From assembly GCA_038736825.1 (NCBI GenBank), contig JAVYME010000002.1, forward strand, positions 10,783-42,782: DNA of 32,000 nt, given 5' to 3'. Positions 14,163 to 22,800 of this stretch are shown piece by piece. Every line of letters starts with the position of its first letter. Within the stretch, counting starts at the first letter, position 1. Made by a program: the position numbers and the translations under genes. The notes beneath the pieces are model-generated. The model saw nothing but the letters and a program-made list of their open reading frames with translations, did no database searches and had not been told where the DNA came from. Source of the stretch: Candidatus Iainarchaeum sp. (GTDB lineage: Archaea > Iainarchaeota > Iainarchaeia > Iainarchaeales > DTGL01).

Positions 14163-17069
14163 TTAAGGGCAGGTTAGTTCTTTAGTGTAGGAATTGTTGT
14201 TTTTGTTCAATTCATATATTGTGCTTCCACTGTCCGCTGTTATCTTTATCGTGTAGGTTGTTCCAGCACTGCAAGTCCAGTAAGACATATTCCTGTCCAT
14301 TTCAGCCCCTATTGAAATGCTGCTCATTGCATCATTGTCAGAGGCAGTTGCAGATTCGCCGACAAAAAGGCTGTTATAGAATATTTTGCTTGTTATGTCT
14401 GCATTTCCCTGGTTTTTGATTGTGTATGCAATGGTTCTGTTGTTGTTGAACCATATGTTTGTTATTGTTAGGTCTGGTGCTGTTTCTGGTGTTGGGCATG
14501 TGAGTGTTTTTGTGTAGGAGTTGTTGTTTTCGTTTGATTCAAAGATTCGCAATAGCGAGTCTGCTGTTATTTTTAGGGTGTAGGTTGTTCCAGCACTGCA
14601 AGTCCAGTAAGACATATTCCTGTCTACTGCTGCACTTGCCTCAATATCTTGAATTGTATCAAAGTCAGTGGCAGAAGCGGCTTCATTCAAGAAAAGCTCG
14701 TTGTATATGGGAGTGCCGGTTATAGAAGTACTTCCTTCATTTGCAATCCTATATCCCACTGTTCCGTTGTTGTTGAACCATATGTTTGTTATTGTTAGGT
14801 CTGGTGCTGTTGTTGGTGTTGGGCAGGTTAGTTCTTTAGTGTAGGAGTTGTTATTTTCGTTTGATTCAAATATTTGCTCTCCCGCATCAGCAATTATGTT
14901 GACATCATATGTTGTTCCGGGATTGCAACTCCAGTATGCAAGATTCCTGTCAAGGGACATTCCAGAAGCAAGATCATACATTATTTCGCCATCTGACGGG
15001 TTTGTGGCTCCACCCAAAAAAACGCTGTTATAGAATATTTTGCTTGTTATATCCGTATTTCCCTGGTTTTTGATTGTGTATCCTATTGTGCCGTTGTTGT
15101 TGAACCATATGTTTGTTATTGTTAGGTCTGGTGCTGTTGTTGGTGTTGGGCAGGTTAGTTCTTTAGTGTAGGAGTTGTTGTTTTCGTTTGATTCAAAGAT
15201 GTTGCCTCCAGTATCAGCACTTACCTTTATCGTGTAGGTTGTTCCGGGACTACAAGCCCAATAAGACATATTCCTGTCCTGTGTATCCCCTGCGAAAATA
15301 TCATACATTGCATCATATCCTGATATTACCGGGCTTCCATTCACAAACAAGTCATTGTAAAAAAGCCTGCTTGTTATGTTCGCGTTTCCCTGGTTTTTGA
15401 TTGTGTATCCTATTGTGCCGTTGTTGTTGAACCATATGTTTGTTATTGTTAGGTCTGGTGCTGTTGTTGGTGTTGGGCAGGTGAGTGTTTTTGTGTAGGA
15501 GTTGTTGTTTTCGTTTGATTCGTATATTTGTGATAGTGAGTCTGCGGTTATTTTTAGCGTGTATGTTGTGCCAGGAGTGCAAATCCAGTAAGACATGTTT
15601 CTGTCTTCTGTTGCACCAACAGCCAAGCTGTACATTGTATCAAAGTCCATATAGGGCACGGAATTGTTTATGAACAAGTCATTGTAAAATTCAGTGGTTT
15701 TTATTTCTGCGTTTCCCTGGTTTTTGATTGTGTATCCTATTGTGCCGTTGTTGTTGAACCATATGTTTGTTATTGTTAGGTCTGGTGCTGTTGTTGGTGT
15801 TGGGCAGGTGAGTGTTTTTGTGTAGGAGTTGTTGTTTTCGTTTGATTCGTATATTTGTGATAGTGAGTCTGCGGTTATTTTTAGCGTGTATGTTGTTCCC
15901 GGGTAGCAGGTCCAGTATGAAATGTTTCTGTCGGCTGTTGCGCCTGCTGTGAGGCTTGTCATTGCGTCGTAGCCTGAGAGTTCTAGCGAGTTGTTTTTGA
16001 ATAGATCATTATAGAATGTTTTTGCAATATTTGCGTCTCCCTGGTTTTTGATTGTGTATCCTACTGTTCCGTTGTTGTTGAACCACATATTTGTTATTAT
16101 TAAGTCTGGCTTTGTTGTTGGGATAGGGCAAGTAATTGTTTCTGTATAATCATTGTTGTTTTCGTTTGATTCTATCAAGTAATCAGACATGTCTGCGCTT
16201 ACTTTGAGAGTATATGTTGTTCCGGGATAGCAGGTCCAGTTTGGCATTATCCTGTCTTGGCTTGCGCCTGCTGCAAGATTTGCCATTTCATCCAAATCCA
16301 CATAATATTGATTGTATAATGCATTATAGAAGGTTGTATTGGTTATTGAAGTATTTCCCTGGTTTTTTATCCTATAGCCGATTGTGGTGTCATCGTTTGC
16401 CCAAATGTCTTGGATTATCAGGTCAATTGTTGCTGTCGGTGTTGGTGTGGGGGTTATTGGTGTTGGGGTGGGTGTTCGTGTTGGAGTAGGGGTTGGTGTT
16501 GGCGGCGGCGGAGTGGGGGTTCTCGGTGGCGGAGTTGGTGTTGCTTGTGCTCCACTGCTTCCCCCTCCAGATGGCGGGCGTGCTGTCGGCGTTGGCGTTG
16601 GTATTGCTGTAGGTCTTGGTGGCGGAGTTTGTGTTCTGATTGGAGTCGGGCTTGGAGTTGGTGTTGGGGTTGTGGGAACCATTGTCGGTGTAGGGGTTGG
16701 TTTTGGTGTTCTTGCAGGGTTTGCTGTTGGCGTGGGGGTTATGGAACTGCCTTCCTCTTCCAAGCATTCCAATGCCAGGTTTTTTCCGTCAAAATAGAGT
16801 GTGAGCTTTGAATTTGTTGCTGTAAAGGTTGCCTTCCAATAGTCTTTTTTTGGAATTCCCCTGCATTTTGGCGGAGCATTATATTTAAGGTTTTCATAAT
16901 TGTTTTCGCTGAAATAGCCAGCCCAGTAAGTTGCATTCGGGTTTTTTTCCAAGAATTCCTTTGCTTCTTTTAATTGCAAAACTTTTTCTTTTGAGAGTTG
17001 TGCTTGCTGGTTGCAACCTGAAAGAAGAAGAATTAAAAAAATGAAGGCAAAAAAAATTCCAAGTTTCAT
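14163..17069 (-). CDS. Secreted lipobox protein: N-terminal ~90-aa domain, ~105-aa Pro/Thr-rich linker and seven tandem CARDB-like domains
   Basis: The internal Met at 17069 gives [22 protein letters not shown], a signal peptide plus lipobox L-S-G-C, and avoids overlap with the neighbouring gene. The ORF track extends to 17153. The linker reads [19 protein letters not shown]...PTPTPTA. Seven ~108-aa units follow, of the form [26 protein letters not shown]...[22 protein letters not shown]...[20 protein letters not shown]. This matches the CARDB pattern (pDL.i..i, N.G, vD..n.i.EsnE.NN). Confidence 0.9.
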   Translation of the reverse strand: MKLGIFFAFIFLILLLSGCNQQAQLSKEKVLQLKEAKEFLEKNPNATYWAGYFSENNYENLKYNAPPKCRGIPKKDYWKATFTATNSKLTLYFDGKNLALECLEEEGSSITPTPTANPARTPKPTPTPTMVPTTPTPTPSPTPIRTQTPPPRPTAIPTPTPTARPPSGGGSSGAQATPTPPPRTPTPPPPTPTPTPTRTPTPTPITPTPTPTATIDLIIQDIWANDDTTIGYRIKNQGNTSITNTTFYNALYNQYYVDLDEMANLAAGASQDRIMPNWTCYPGTTYTLKVSADMSDYLIESNENNNDYTETITCPIPTTKPDLIITNMWFNNNGTVGYTIKNQGDANIAKTFYNDLFKNNSLELSGYDAMTSLTAGATADRNISYWTCYPGTTYTLKITADSLSQIYESNENNNSYTKTLTCPTPTTAPDLTITNIWFNNNGTIGYTIKNQGNAEIKTTEFYNDLFINNSVPYMDFDTMYSLAVGATEDRNMSYWICTPGTTYTLKITADSLSQIYESNENNNSYTKTLTCPTPTTAPDLTITNIWFNNNGTIGYTIKNQGNANITSRLFYNDLFVNGSPVISGYDAMYDIFAGDTQDRNMSYWACSPGTTYTIKVSADTGGNIFESNENNNSYTKELTCPTPTTAPDLTITNIWFNNNGTIGYTIKNQGNTDITSKIFYNSVFLGGATNPSDGEIMYDLASGMSLDRNLAYWSCNPGTTYDVNIIADAGEQIFESNENNNSYTKELTCPTPTTAPDLTITNIWFNNNGTVGYRIANEGSTSITGTPIYNELFLNEAASATDFDTIQDIEASAAVDRNMSYWTCSAGTTYTLKITADSLLRIFESNENNNSYTKTLTCPTPETAPDLTITNIWFNNNRTIAYTIKNQGNADITSKIFYNSLFVGESATASDNDAMSSISIGAEMDRNMSYWTCSAGTTYTIKITADSGSTIYELNKNNNSYTKELTCP
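14166..16430 (-). repeat. Seven in-frame tandem coding repeats, period mostly 327 bp (the two unit spacings at the gene's 5' end, highest coordinates, are 324 and ~318 bp)
   Basis: The landmark ccatatgtttgttattgttaggtctggtgctgt recurs at 14451, 14778, 15105, 15432 and 15759, with degenerate copies near 16083 and ~16400. The blocks 15382-15569 and 15709-15896 are 188 nt long and identical, checked base by base. Confidence 0.95.
16431..16742 (-). repeat. Low-complexity Pro/Thr-coding linker; appears as a GT/GG-rich tract on the + strand
   Basis: The + strand reads (ggtgtt/ggggtt/ggtgtg)n. The minus-strand translation is PTPTP-rich with one GGGSSG spot. It generates spurious Gly/Val/Trp/Cys-rich + strand ORFs. 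Confidence 0.9.
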
Positions 17070-17077
17070 TAAAACGC

Positions 17078-17548
17078 CTACCCGATGTTTATTTGAACTC
17101 TTTTTGAAACATCCATTCCGCCGGGAATGTCCAGTTTTGCTTCCAGATACCATCTTGGCTGGGATGCAAATGAACCCCCGAGAAATGCAGCGGCTTTTGC
17201 CAATTCTCCTATAACGCCATCTGGTGCTTGCTGGCTTTGCAAAATGTTGTTTGGAACCTTTATTTCAAACTCGTATTCGCCACTTGAATATTCTTTTTCT
17301 CCATCCAAGGGAAGTTCAAAATTGAAAATAATTTGGTTTCTTTTTTCAGTGCGAGGGCCACTGTTATAATAACTGGTTCTGGTTATTGTTCTTTCGCCCC
17401 ACAACCTGGCTTTAATGCCTCTTGCTTTTGTTGGTTTGTTCATGGAGAGAACAATGCGGCCTTTTATTGTGTCGCCAGGCGAAAAATTGAATTTTTCAAG
17501 TGTTAATTCGATTTTGCCCTTTCCAAGTCCAAAAAGGAATACAAACAT
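17078..17548 (-). CDS. SpoOM-like (arrestin-fold) small protein
   Basis: From ATG 17548 the protein reads [52 protein letters not shown]...[17 protein letters not shown]. Its layout parallels Bacillus Spo0M as I recall it: an N-terminal G-x-G segment, then a 'PGD/E-x-hydrophobic-x-G-x-hydrophobic' beta-sandwich start, and a late LDIxGGxD motif. The ORF-track start is TTG 17560. Confidence 0.55.
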   Translation of the reverse strand: MFVFLFGLGKGKIELTLEKFNFSPGDTIKGRIVLSMNKPTKARGIKARLWGERTITRTSYYNSGPRTEKRNQIIFNFELPLDGEKEYSSGEYEFEIKVPNNILQSQQAPDGVIGELAKAAAFLGGSFASQPRWYLEAKLDIPGGMDVSKRVQINIG

Positions 17549-17592
17549 TTTAATCCACAAAATTATGCAGTTCTATAATTTAATTGTTTTGG

Positions 17593-19407
17593 TTATTGTT
17601 GTTCAAATAATATTTTGTAGGCTTTTTCGTATTCTTCTATGAGCTTGCTCCAGTCAAAGAGGTAGGAAATGTTTTTTGCGCTGATTTTTGCGTCAACCCT
17701 TTGTTTTTTGTCCATGGAATAAATTTCAAGCATATAGTCTGCAAGTTCTTTTTTTGCGGTTTCATAGTCTGTGTTCATGCGCTTTATTACTTTCACTGAT
17801 TTTTCTTCTTTTCCGCCCAAAACGTTTTTTTCAAGGTATTGGCCGAAGCCGCTCAAGTCTGAGGTTACAGTTGGTAGTGCTAGTGCCATTGTTTCTAGGG
17901 GAGTGTAACCCCATGGCTCGTAATATGAAGGGAACACGCCTAAATGGCAGCCAATGACTGCTTCATAATAGTTTAATCCGATGAGGCCGTCTGTTGTGGA
18001 AAGATAGGCTGGATAATAGATGACTTTCACTTTGTCGCATTCCCTGTTCGCCAGCCTGTTTTTTGCTAGGGTTCTAGTAATGCTGTTTTCTTCGCTTGTT
18101 TCCAGGGCGCAAACCGGCGGCAAATCGCTTTTTTCGTGTTTTAATTCAAAAATCATTTTTTTTGTGTTGTACAAGAATTCATCGTCCAAAAGGTTTTCTG
18201 ATGTTGGCGGTTGTCCTTTTGAAATGTTGTAGTAAAGCCTGTTTTTTATTTTTTTTACTTCTTCCTCTATTTCGTCCTCCAACCGTTCATATAATGCCAT
18301 GTGCCTTAACAGTTCTATGTTTTTTCCCTTGTTTTCTGATGGCACCCAAATGAATGCAATTATTGTTTTTGTTGAATTGCTTTCTTTTAGTCGCTTGTTC
18401 AGTTCTCCAAGGGCGTCTATGAACAAGTCCAAGCCCTTGTTTCTGAATTCATACCTTCCTGAAATGAAATAGAACAGGGTTTCCTCTATGTTGATGTCAT
18501 AATAGGGCGTAAAATAGTCCATTACAAATTTTCTTATCTGGTTTCGGTATTGCACGTGCAAGTTTGAAAGCTCTTCCATTACATAGAATTTTTCCAGGTT
18601 AAGGCCGTTGGGAAGCACAGCGTGCGGTTTTTTTCCAAGCAAGTATTCTGCTTCAAGCCCTGTTACTTCTGAAACTGTTGTGAAAACATTTGCGTTGTGA
18701 GCGCAAGCTCTTTCCAGCTGGTGTTTTGCTTGAATGTTGAACTGATAGCATCTTTTTTCGTCCACTGTCCTGCCTGCTGCAAGGCCTTCCTTGATTTCTC
18801 TGTGAAGGTCTTGTCCTGCTTCTGCAATGCTTCGCCCCAAAATTGTTGCATGCGTGCTGAAAACTGTTTTTATTGACGGGTCAGAGCGTTTTAAGTGCAA
18901 TAGTGCGCCGCCTGCAAGCCATTCATGGCAGTGCACAACGCACCCTTCTTTTTTGAATTCTTTTGAAAAAACATTGTTTATGAGTTCTTCCAGCAAGAGC
19001 CCTGTGGCTTTGCCCCAAACAAGCGGTTCGTCAAAATCAGTGCCTGAATGCAATGAGTCTATTCTGAAAAAATCCCAGTATTCTCTTTTGATTTCATTGG
19101 TTCGGTGTTTTAGGTCTCCGACATCAACTAAAACACATTTTGGTCTGCCTGTTAAAAGCCAGTGGCCGGAATAGCATTTTATTCCATGGTCTTTTTCAAG
19201 GCGGTCAAAGACTGCCTGGAATTCAGGGCTTGGCTTTTCGTTTTCAAAATCTGTTGCCGCGTTTCTTTTGAAATATGGGCCGACTGCAAAATAGTCCTTG
19301 AATTTTTTTTTCATTATTGGTGCTTTTGAGGAAAGCACTGTGTGAATGCCGCCAACTTTGTTGACTACTTCCCAGCTGACTTCGAAAACAATAATGTCTT
19401 GAGCCAT
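17593..19407 (-). CDS. Glycogen synthase, GT3 family (eukaryote-type)
   Basis: Two segments closely match animal and fungal glycogen synthase. [22 protein letters not shown] compares with [64 protein letters not shown] compares with [29 protein letters not shown]. The likely start is ATG 19407 ([10 protein letters not shown]); the ORF track extends to 19434. Confidence 0.93.
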   Translation of the reverse strand: [604 protein letters not shown]

Positions 19408-19457
19408 TCCCAAACCCCAAAAATAAAAAACCAAACCAGTTTTTAAACAGAGCCATT

Positions 19458-21386
19458 ATGCTTAAATATTCTTTTTTTGTCTTGTTTTTGGGGTTTTCAT
19501 TGATAAGGAAAAATTCTGCTTTGGGTTCTTTTGCGTATTTTTTGTCCAATCCGGATGCTTTTTTTTATCGTTTTTGTGACACTGGCTTTAAAAACAAGTG
19601 GACTGGTTTTTGGGGTAATGGCTTTAAGCTGGTTGAATTCTTTGATTTTAGGGTTGGGGAAGAGTTTTTAGGGGAATCAAACTGTGTTTTGGCAGAATAT
19701 GATTTTCTGAAAGCAATGCATTTGCACAGGCTTTCCAATGGGTTGGAGTTAACGCAAAAGGCATGGTTGCCCCGCACTGGCAGTGCATTAATCATAGAGC
19801 TTTCATCAAAAAAGGAAATTTTGGCTGATTTGGAAATTGCGGTTAACATGCGTTCCCTGCAGGAAAACCTGCACAATCGCGCTTATAAAGTGGTTGAAGG
19901 GAAAAAAACACTGATTGAAAGCGATTTGGGCAAAATTTTCATTACCCCGCTTAAAGGCAAAGCCTCTTTTAATTCCAGTCCACAGTACAGAGAGCATTGC
20001 CCAAGCAATGAACGCCAATGCTATTTTGTGCCAGGCATTTTTAAATTCAAAGGAAAAAAAATCGCGTTATCCGTTTCAGGGGAAAATTTTTTCAAACCCC
20101 AAAAAAACGAATTATTGCACAAATACAAGTTTTTTTCCATGCCTTCTAATAGGATTGAAACAGGAAACTCTGTTTTGGATGCATCACTTGGCTTTGCTGC
20201 AAGCGCAATATTGTTGTTGAAAGGAAGGGATTCTTTTATTGCAGGCTTGCCTTGGTTCCAGCAATACTGGGCTCGCGATGTTTTCTGGTCCCTGCCTGCA
20301 ATTACAATGCTGGGCTTGCAAGAAACAGCAAGGCAGTCCCTGTCATTTTTTTCTGCAAACTCTCTTAACGGGCAAATTCCAAACTATGTTTTTGGCAATG
20401 AAAAGACGTTCAATGCAATAGACTCAACGCCATTGTTTCTTATAGCATTAGAGCATTATTGCAAGAGCACAGGCGACAGGGCTTTCGCTGAAAAGATTGC
20501 ATCTCGTGCCTTGCACTGCATTGAATTCCTTGAATCAAGGCGTGATCCTTCAGACGGCTTTATAGTGCACGACAACGGATGCAATGAAACCTGGATGGAC
20601 ACCTTGAATAGGGCGGACAAAGCAGTTGAAATCCAAGCACTATACATTGCAGCATTGAATGCCTTTTCCAGGTTTGCCTCTTGCTTAAAGAGACCGGAAA
20701 AAAAATTAAGGGAAAAAGCGGTTTGGGCTGAAAGAGAAGCACAAGAAATGCAAAAAAAATTTGACTCAGAATTCTTTAAGGACGGTTTTTTCGTGGACCG
20801 CATAATTGCAGGCCAAAAGGATTGCACTCGCAGGGCTAACGCGCTTGTGCCATTGTTTTTGGGAACAAGTGAAAGGAAAGAAGTCTTGAATGTTTTTCGC
20901 TCTGAAGAGTTTTCAAACGAAAGAGGAATCCTGTCACTTTCCCGTTTTGATTCAAGATTCTCCCCTGAATCTTACCATGAAGGCAAAGTCTGGTCTTTAT
21001 GCAATGGCTTTGCCGGCGGAGCAGAATTCTTGCTCGGCAATCCAGAAAAAGGCTGGCATTATTTTGACTTGTTGTGCGCAGACCAGGACAGGGATGCGCT
21101 TGGCTGTATTGGCGAGTGCTGGAATCCTGCAACACTCCAGCAAACAGGCTGCCCGAACCAGCTTTGGGGAAACGCAATGGCAATACGCCTTTTCATTGAA
21201 TTCGCTTTAGGCATTAATGTCAATGCTTTTGAAAAAAAGATTTCAGTTTCACCAAAACCATGCAATCGCGCTTTAATTATAAAAATGCAGCTTTCTCTGG
21301 GCAAAAAAGAAGGGCTTCTCAAAATAAACACAAAAGACCATTCAGTCAGGTTCTCGCTGGCTGGCTATCAAACCGAATACTTGTAA
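19458..21386 (+). CDS. Amylo-alpha-1,6-glucosidase / glycogen debranching enzyme (GDE_C-type (alpha/alpha)6 barrel)
   Basis: Characteristic GDE_C segments are present: AGLPWFQQYWARDVFWSLPA, NGQIPN, DSTPLFLIALEHY, NETWMD, and YHEGKVWSLCNGF...LWGNAMAI. The protein is 642 aa. Confidence 0.87.
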   Translation: MLKYSFFVLFLGFSLIRKNSALGSFAYFLSNPDAFFYRFCDTGFKNKWTGFWGNGFKLVEFFDFRVGEEFLGESNCVLAEYDFLKAMHLHRLSNGLELTQKAWLPRTGSALIIELSSKKEILADLEIAVNMRSLQENLHNRAYKVVEGKKTLIESDLGKIFITPLKGKASFNSSPQYREHCPSNERQCYFVPGIFKFKGKKIALSVSGENFFKPQKNELLHKYKFFSMPSNRIETGNSVLDASLGFAASAILLLKGRDSFIAGLPWFQQYWARDVFWSLPAITMLGLQETARQSLSFFSANSLNGQIPNYVFGNEKTFNAIDSTPLFLIALEHYCKSTGDRAFAEKIASRALHCIEFLESRRDPSDGFIVHDNGCNETWMDTLNRADKAVEIQALYIAALNAFSRFASCLKRPEKKLREKAVWAEREAQEMQKKFDSEFFKDGFFVDRIIAGQKDCTRRANALVPLFLGTSERKEVLNVFRSEEFSNERGILSLSRFDSRFSPESYHEGKVWSLCNGFAGGAEFLLGNPEKGWHYFDLLCADQDRDALGCIGECWNPATLQQTGCPNQLWGNAMAIRLFIEFALGINVNAFEKKISVSPKPCNRALIIKMQLSLGKKEGLLKINTKDHSVRFSLAGYQTEYL

Positions 21387-21414
21387 AGCATTTTAATGGT
21401 TTTGCTGGAATTTC

Positions 21415-22635
21415 TTGGTGGTGTCTTGCTTGGAACAATTTGATGTAATAATTGTTGGAGGCAGTGTTGCCGGTCTCAGGAGCGCAGAACAACTGGCAAA
21501 GCGCGGGCTTTCAGTTTTATGCCTTGAAAGAAAACAAGAAATCGGGGTTCCAAAGCATTGCGGGGAAGGCCTTGGCTTGGGGCATTTCAAGCGCTTGGGA
21601 TTAAAGCCGGACAAGCGCTGGTGTGCTGCTCCCATGAAAGGCGCAATACTTTACACTCCAAGCGGCAAAAAAGTCGAAGTAAGGTTTGACCGCACAGTCG
21701 GCTATATTTTGGAAAGAAAGCAGTTTGAAAAACACTTGGCAGAAAAGGCTGCAAAAGCAGGAGCCGTCATCAGGGTTAGAAGCAATGTTTCCGAAATAAC
21801 AAGATTTAAGGGCGGCGTAAAGGTTATAGTGAAAGACCTTTTTTCAAACGAATATTTTTGCAAAATGCTTTTTGCCTGTGATGGAACAGCCGGTATTTCT
21901 GCAAAAAGCCTTGGCTTGGACAATTCCATTCAAGCAAGCGACCTGGATTCAGGCATTCAATATGAGATGGCCGGCATAGAATTCGAGCAACCAGACATGA
22001 TTCACTTGTGGTTTGGCAATAATGTTGCACCAAGAGGTTATGTCTGGCTTTTTCCGAAAGGAAAAAACCACGCCAATGTAGGAATCGGCATTGGATCCCA
22101 CATTGGCAAGCCAGCTGCCTATTATTTGAACAAATGGATTGAGGCAAGGCCTTCAATAAAAAAAGGCTCAATAATTGAAGTGAACTCTGGCGTAATCCCT
22201 GTGGGCGGATTATTGGAAAAAATGACAGCAGACAATTTGATTCTGGTTGGAGATGCTGCACACCAAGTTAATCCAATCCATGGCGGTGGCATGGGCTTGG
22301 CAATGGAGGCAGCAGATCTTGCAGCAGAAATAACTGAAAAAGCGTTCAAGAAAAACAATTTTTCAAACGAGGTTTTGGAAGAGTACAACAAGCGCTGGTG
22401 GGAAAAAACAGGAGTTAAATTAAAGCGCATTCTCCAAATCCGTTACATGATGGAATCTCTTTCAGACAAAGACTTTGAAGTTTTGGCAGAGAATTTTACA
22501 GGAGAAGAAATAATGAAATTGCAGGGTGGTTCCTTGAGCGAGTCTGCAAGACTGGTGACCAAAAAACTAATCAAAACCCCTGGATTGATGAAATTAATGC
22601 TGAAATACCTTGTTCCAAGAAATGAGAGAAAATAA
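21415..22635 (+). CDS. Geranylgeranyl reductase family flavoprotein (likely digeranylgeranylglycerophospholipid reductase)
   Basis: It has the FAD dinucleotide fold FDVIIVGGSVAGLRSAEQLAKRGLSVLCLERK and the second FAD motif LVGDAAHQVNPIHGGGMGLAMEAA. The start codon is ambiguous among TTG/GTG at 21415-21430, and no ATG is nearby. Confidence 0.9.
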   Translation: MVVSCLEQFDVIIVGGSVAGLRSAEQLAKRGLSVLCLERKQEIGVPKHCGEGLGLGHFKRLGLKPDKRWCAAPMKGAILYTPSGKKVEVRFDRTVGYILERKQFEKHLAEKAAKAGAVIRVRSNVSEITRFKGGVKVIVKDLFSNEYFCKMLFACDGTAGISAKSLGLDNSIQASDLDSGIQYEMAGIEFEQPDMIHLWFGNNVAPRGYVWLFPKGKNHANVGIGIGSHIGKPAAYYLNKWIEARPSIKKGSIIEVNSGVIPVGGLLEKMTADNLILVGDAAHQVNPIHGGGMGLAMEAADLAAEITEKAFKKNNFSNEVLEEYNKRWWEKTGVKLKRILQIRYMMESLSDKDFEVLAENFTGEEIMKLQGGSLSESARLVTKKLIKTPGLMKLMLKYLVPRNERK

Positions 22636-22800
22636 ACTTTCAAGCAATCAAATAATTTCAATTGAAACTGTTAAACCAAAAAATTGCAATAAATTCCTTT
22701 TTTTTCCAAAAAGCAAGCCTTTTATCAATTAAAGTGCATTGTTTTTCCTATGCAAAAAAACAATGCCGGGTTGCAGGAAAAGGCAATCCAAGGCTTTGAA

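Noticed and set aside
14163-16430. Regularly spaced repeats that might suggest a CRISPR array or satellite DNA.
   Set aside because: The period is 324-327 bp, far longer than a CRISPR repeat-plus-spacer unit. It is a multiple of three, and the whole array is one uninterrupted reading frame encoding CARDB-like domains. No short palindromic repeat or leader is present.
16384-16811. Two long + strand ORFs (137 and 133 aa) that are extremely Gly/Val-rich or Trp/Cys/Arg-rich. At first glance they look like exotic low-complexity or glycine-rich proteins.
   Set aside because: They are the antisense and alternate-frame readout of the Pro/Thr-coding linker (cca/acc repeats) of the large minus-strand CARDB protein. 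That protein has a signal peptide, domain structure and continuous reading frame. The minus-strand ORF 16423-16767, which is Asn/Thr/His-rich, is likewise an off-frame artefact.
14163-17069. Possibility that the variable cores of the CARDB repeats are diversified by a diversity-generating retroelement, as reported for some small-genome archaea.
   Set aside because: I found no reverse transcriptase gene and no template-repeat/variable-repeat pair anywhere in the 32 kb. The differences between units are not visibly restricted to adenine-templated positions. The variable segments are also internal to each of seven domains rather than forming a single C-terminal VR. I kept this only as something to check genome-wide.
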